A stretch of DNA of 61,861 nucleotides, counting the filler, from Sphacelaria rigidula (Eukaryota), in the NCBI GenBank assembly GCA_964200075.2. It is 10 parts of 10 records of this genome, joined end to end, with 100 filler letters (N's around TTAATTAATTAA, not from the genome) between each part and the next. Parts side by side here need not be neighbours in the genome. Positions count along the whole stretch, not along the records: positions 55,767 to 61,861 come from CAXNAA020022257.1; 9 more parts are not named here. One strand, 5' to 3'. The notes beneath the pieces were generated by a model. The model worked only from the letters and a program-made list of their open reading frames with translations. It was not told where the DNA came from and did not search any database. This document shows, piece by piece, positions 60,754 through 61,861 of this stretch (its first letter is position 1; each line of letters begins with the position of its first letter). The translations under genes were made by a program, and so were the position numbers.

Positions 60754-61775
60754 CCTCTTCCGTCGAGCGGCGCTCATGGTTGGAGTGGTAAACGAGGCAC
60801 TGTCCAGACCACGTTGTTGGTATAACAGACGGAGCTAGTTTAGGCTTTGATGACCTTCACGGTTGGCGATGAATGGTTGCAGCCATTGTTGAGATAGTAG
60901 CACTTGACAGCTTGCGGATCCATCTTGGAGCGTCGTGTGACCCTCATTATTTCAGGTTGAATGAAGGGAACGATCTGAAGAGGAGGGCACGGCCGGTGAA
61001 AACCTGGTACGGCGGGACCTTCCCAGGCTTAGCCGTCGCGTCGGAGCGGTTGAAGCCATCCGCGGCCCCCACCGCGGACTCCAACCAGAGTCTATCCAAG
61101 GTGCCACCGAGTCCAGGGATATCCGTGAAGTCCTGAGTGGGAAAGAGGCGCGAAGCTTCACATCGCGCAGCGTGGTCAGCCTTCATCATGCGCCAGATTG
61201 CGATCTTGGTCACAGCGTTGTACTTCGGGGCGTCGGGCGCTGTGTACTCGCGGCGAATCCGTACCGCCTCGTCACAGATATCGATGACGTCTTGAGAACG
61301 AAATTCACCCCCGTTGTCGATGCGGAAGCACCAATAAACACCAAACTGGTTGACGGCGGCCATGTATCCCTTCACCTTTGCCAGAGCGTGTGCCTTCCTC
61401 GCCAAGCCGCAAAGCATGATGGAACGAGACGTACTACCCACACAGGCGAGCACGTATAGAGACCCGCCTAGTGTCCACACATGCGGTCCTGTGAGGTCGA
61501 GATAGACGATGCCGAGGACCGTGGGTGATTGAGTACCTAAATGTGGGATCGCGGTGCATCGCCCTTTTGACTCCATATATCCTGCGCATGGCGCCAGCTG
61601 CCCTGTCAGAGTAATGCCCTATTGAGCGGCGGTTGCTCGGAGAATGGTCTCGTGAGCATGGTGGAGGGAAACGTGGAAGTAGTTGATGTCCAACGTTTGT
61701 TGGGGTTTGCCGACAGTGGATGGTCGACGGCCGGGGGCTATAACTGCAAGCGCCAAATAACAACAAATTGTGCGG

Positions 61776-61861
61776 ATTGAGGTTTAACTTCGAGATGAGG
61801 CTCAAGCCCAAAACAGTGTTGTCCCCACACTTTCAGCGATGGTGCCCAATGACATCTTTGT
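61776..61861. mobile_element. End of the foldback MITE family seen at 27481-27819
   Basis: atgaggctcaagcccaaaacagtg...cacactt...gcgatggtgcc.aatgac. Confidence 0.75.

Larger units (their letters stand above)
57250..61750 (-). mobile_element. Degenerate Ty1/Copia retrotransposon (GAG-pre-integrase, integrase, RT, RNase H) with nested insertions
   Basis: Integrase VYLDLTGP...RIDNGGEF...REYTAPDAPKYN (60947-61576). RT KSRLFARG, HFDIEQAFVQ, SLYGLRQASRQW, VHVDDI, TRPDI. RNase H RRSVS...CVTLSTSEAEYVA...ENDQGAI. The order IN-RT-RH is diagnostic of Copia. Confidence 0.93.

Overview
This is eukaryotic DNA, most likely from a brown alga or related stramenopile (inferred from exon/intron style, repeat content and protein motifs). 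It is not one locus. Ten unrelated, size-sorted contigs of 6095-6097 bp are joined by 100-nt N-TTAATTAATTAA-N linkers, so nothing can be linked across a gap. Host genes that I could splice by hand with consistent phases: (i) an 8-exon in-frame fusion of D-3-phosphoglycerate dehydrogenase (ASB/ACT end) to a Methanosarcina/alphaproteobacterial-type phosphoserine aminotransferase (18672-23704, -); (ii) a 6-exon fragment with BLTP2/Fmp27/SABRE-like C-terminal motifs (14285-16999, -); (iii) a 4-exon gene end with an interrupted SH3b-like domain (1094-2998, -); (iv) the start of a secreted Cys-rich protein (28560-30163, +); (v) one spliced exon with a YqaJ/lambda-exonuclease-like motif (48688-48838, +). 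The rest is mostly mobile DNA: a LINE family whose 3' ends (about 10 copies) run into poly(C) instead of poly(A), a tRNA-derived (CA)n-tailed SINE, a degenerate Helitron with PIF1 and OTU domains followed by a chimeric ~305-bp satellite, Gypsy and Copia relics with internal tandem arrays, and many foldback MITEs, several nested. No CRISPR array, rRNA or convincing tRNA gene was found.
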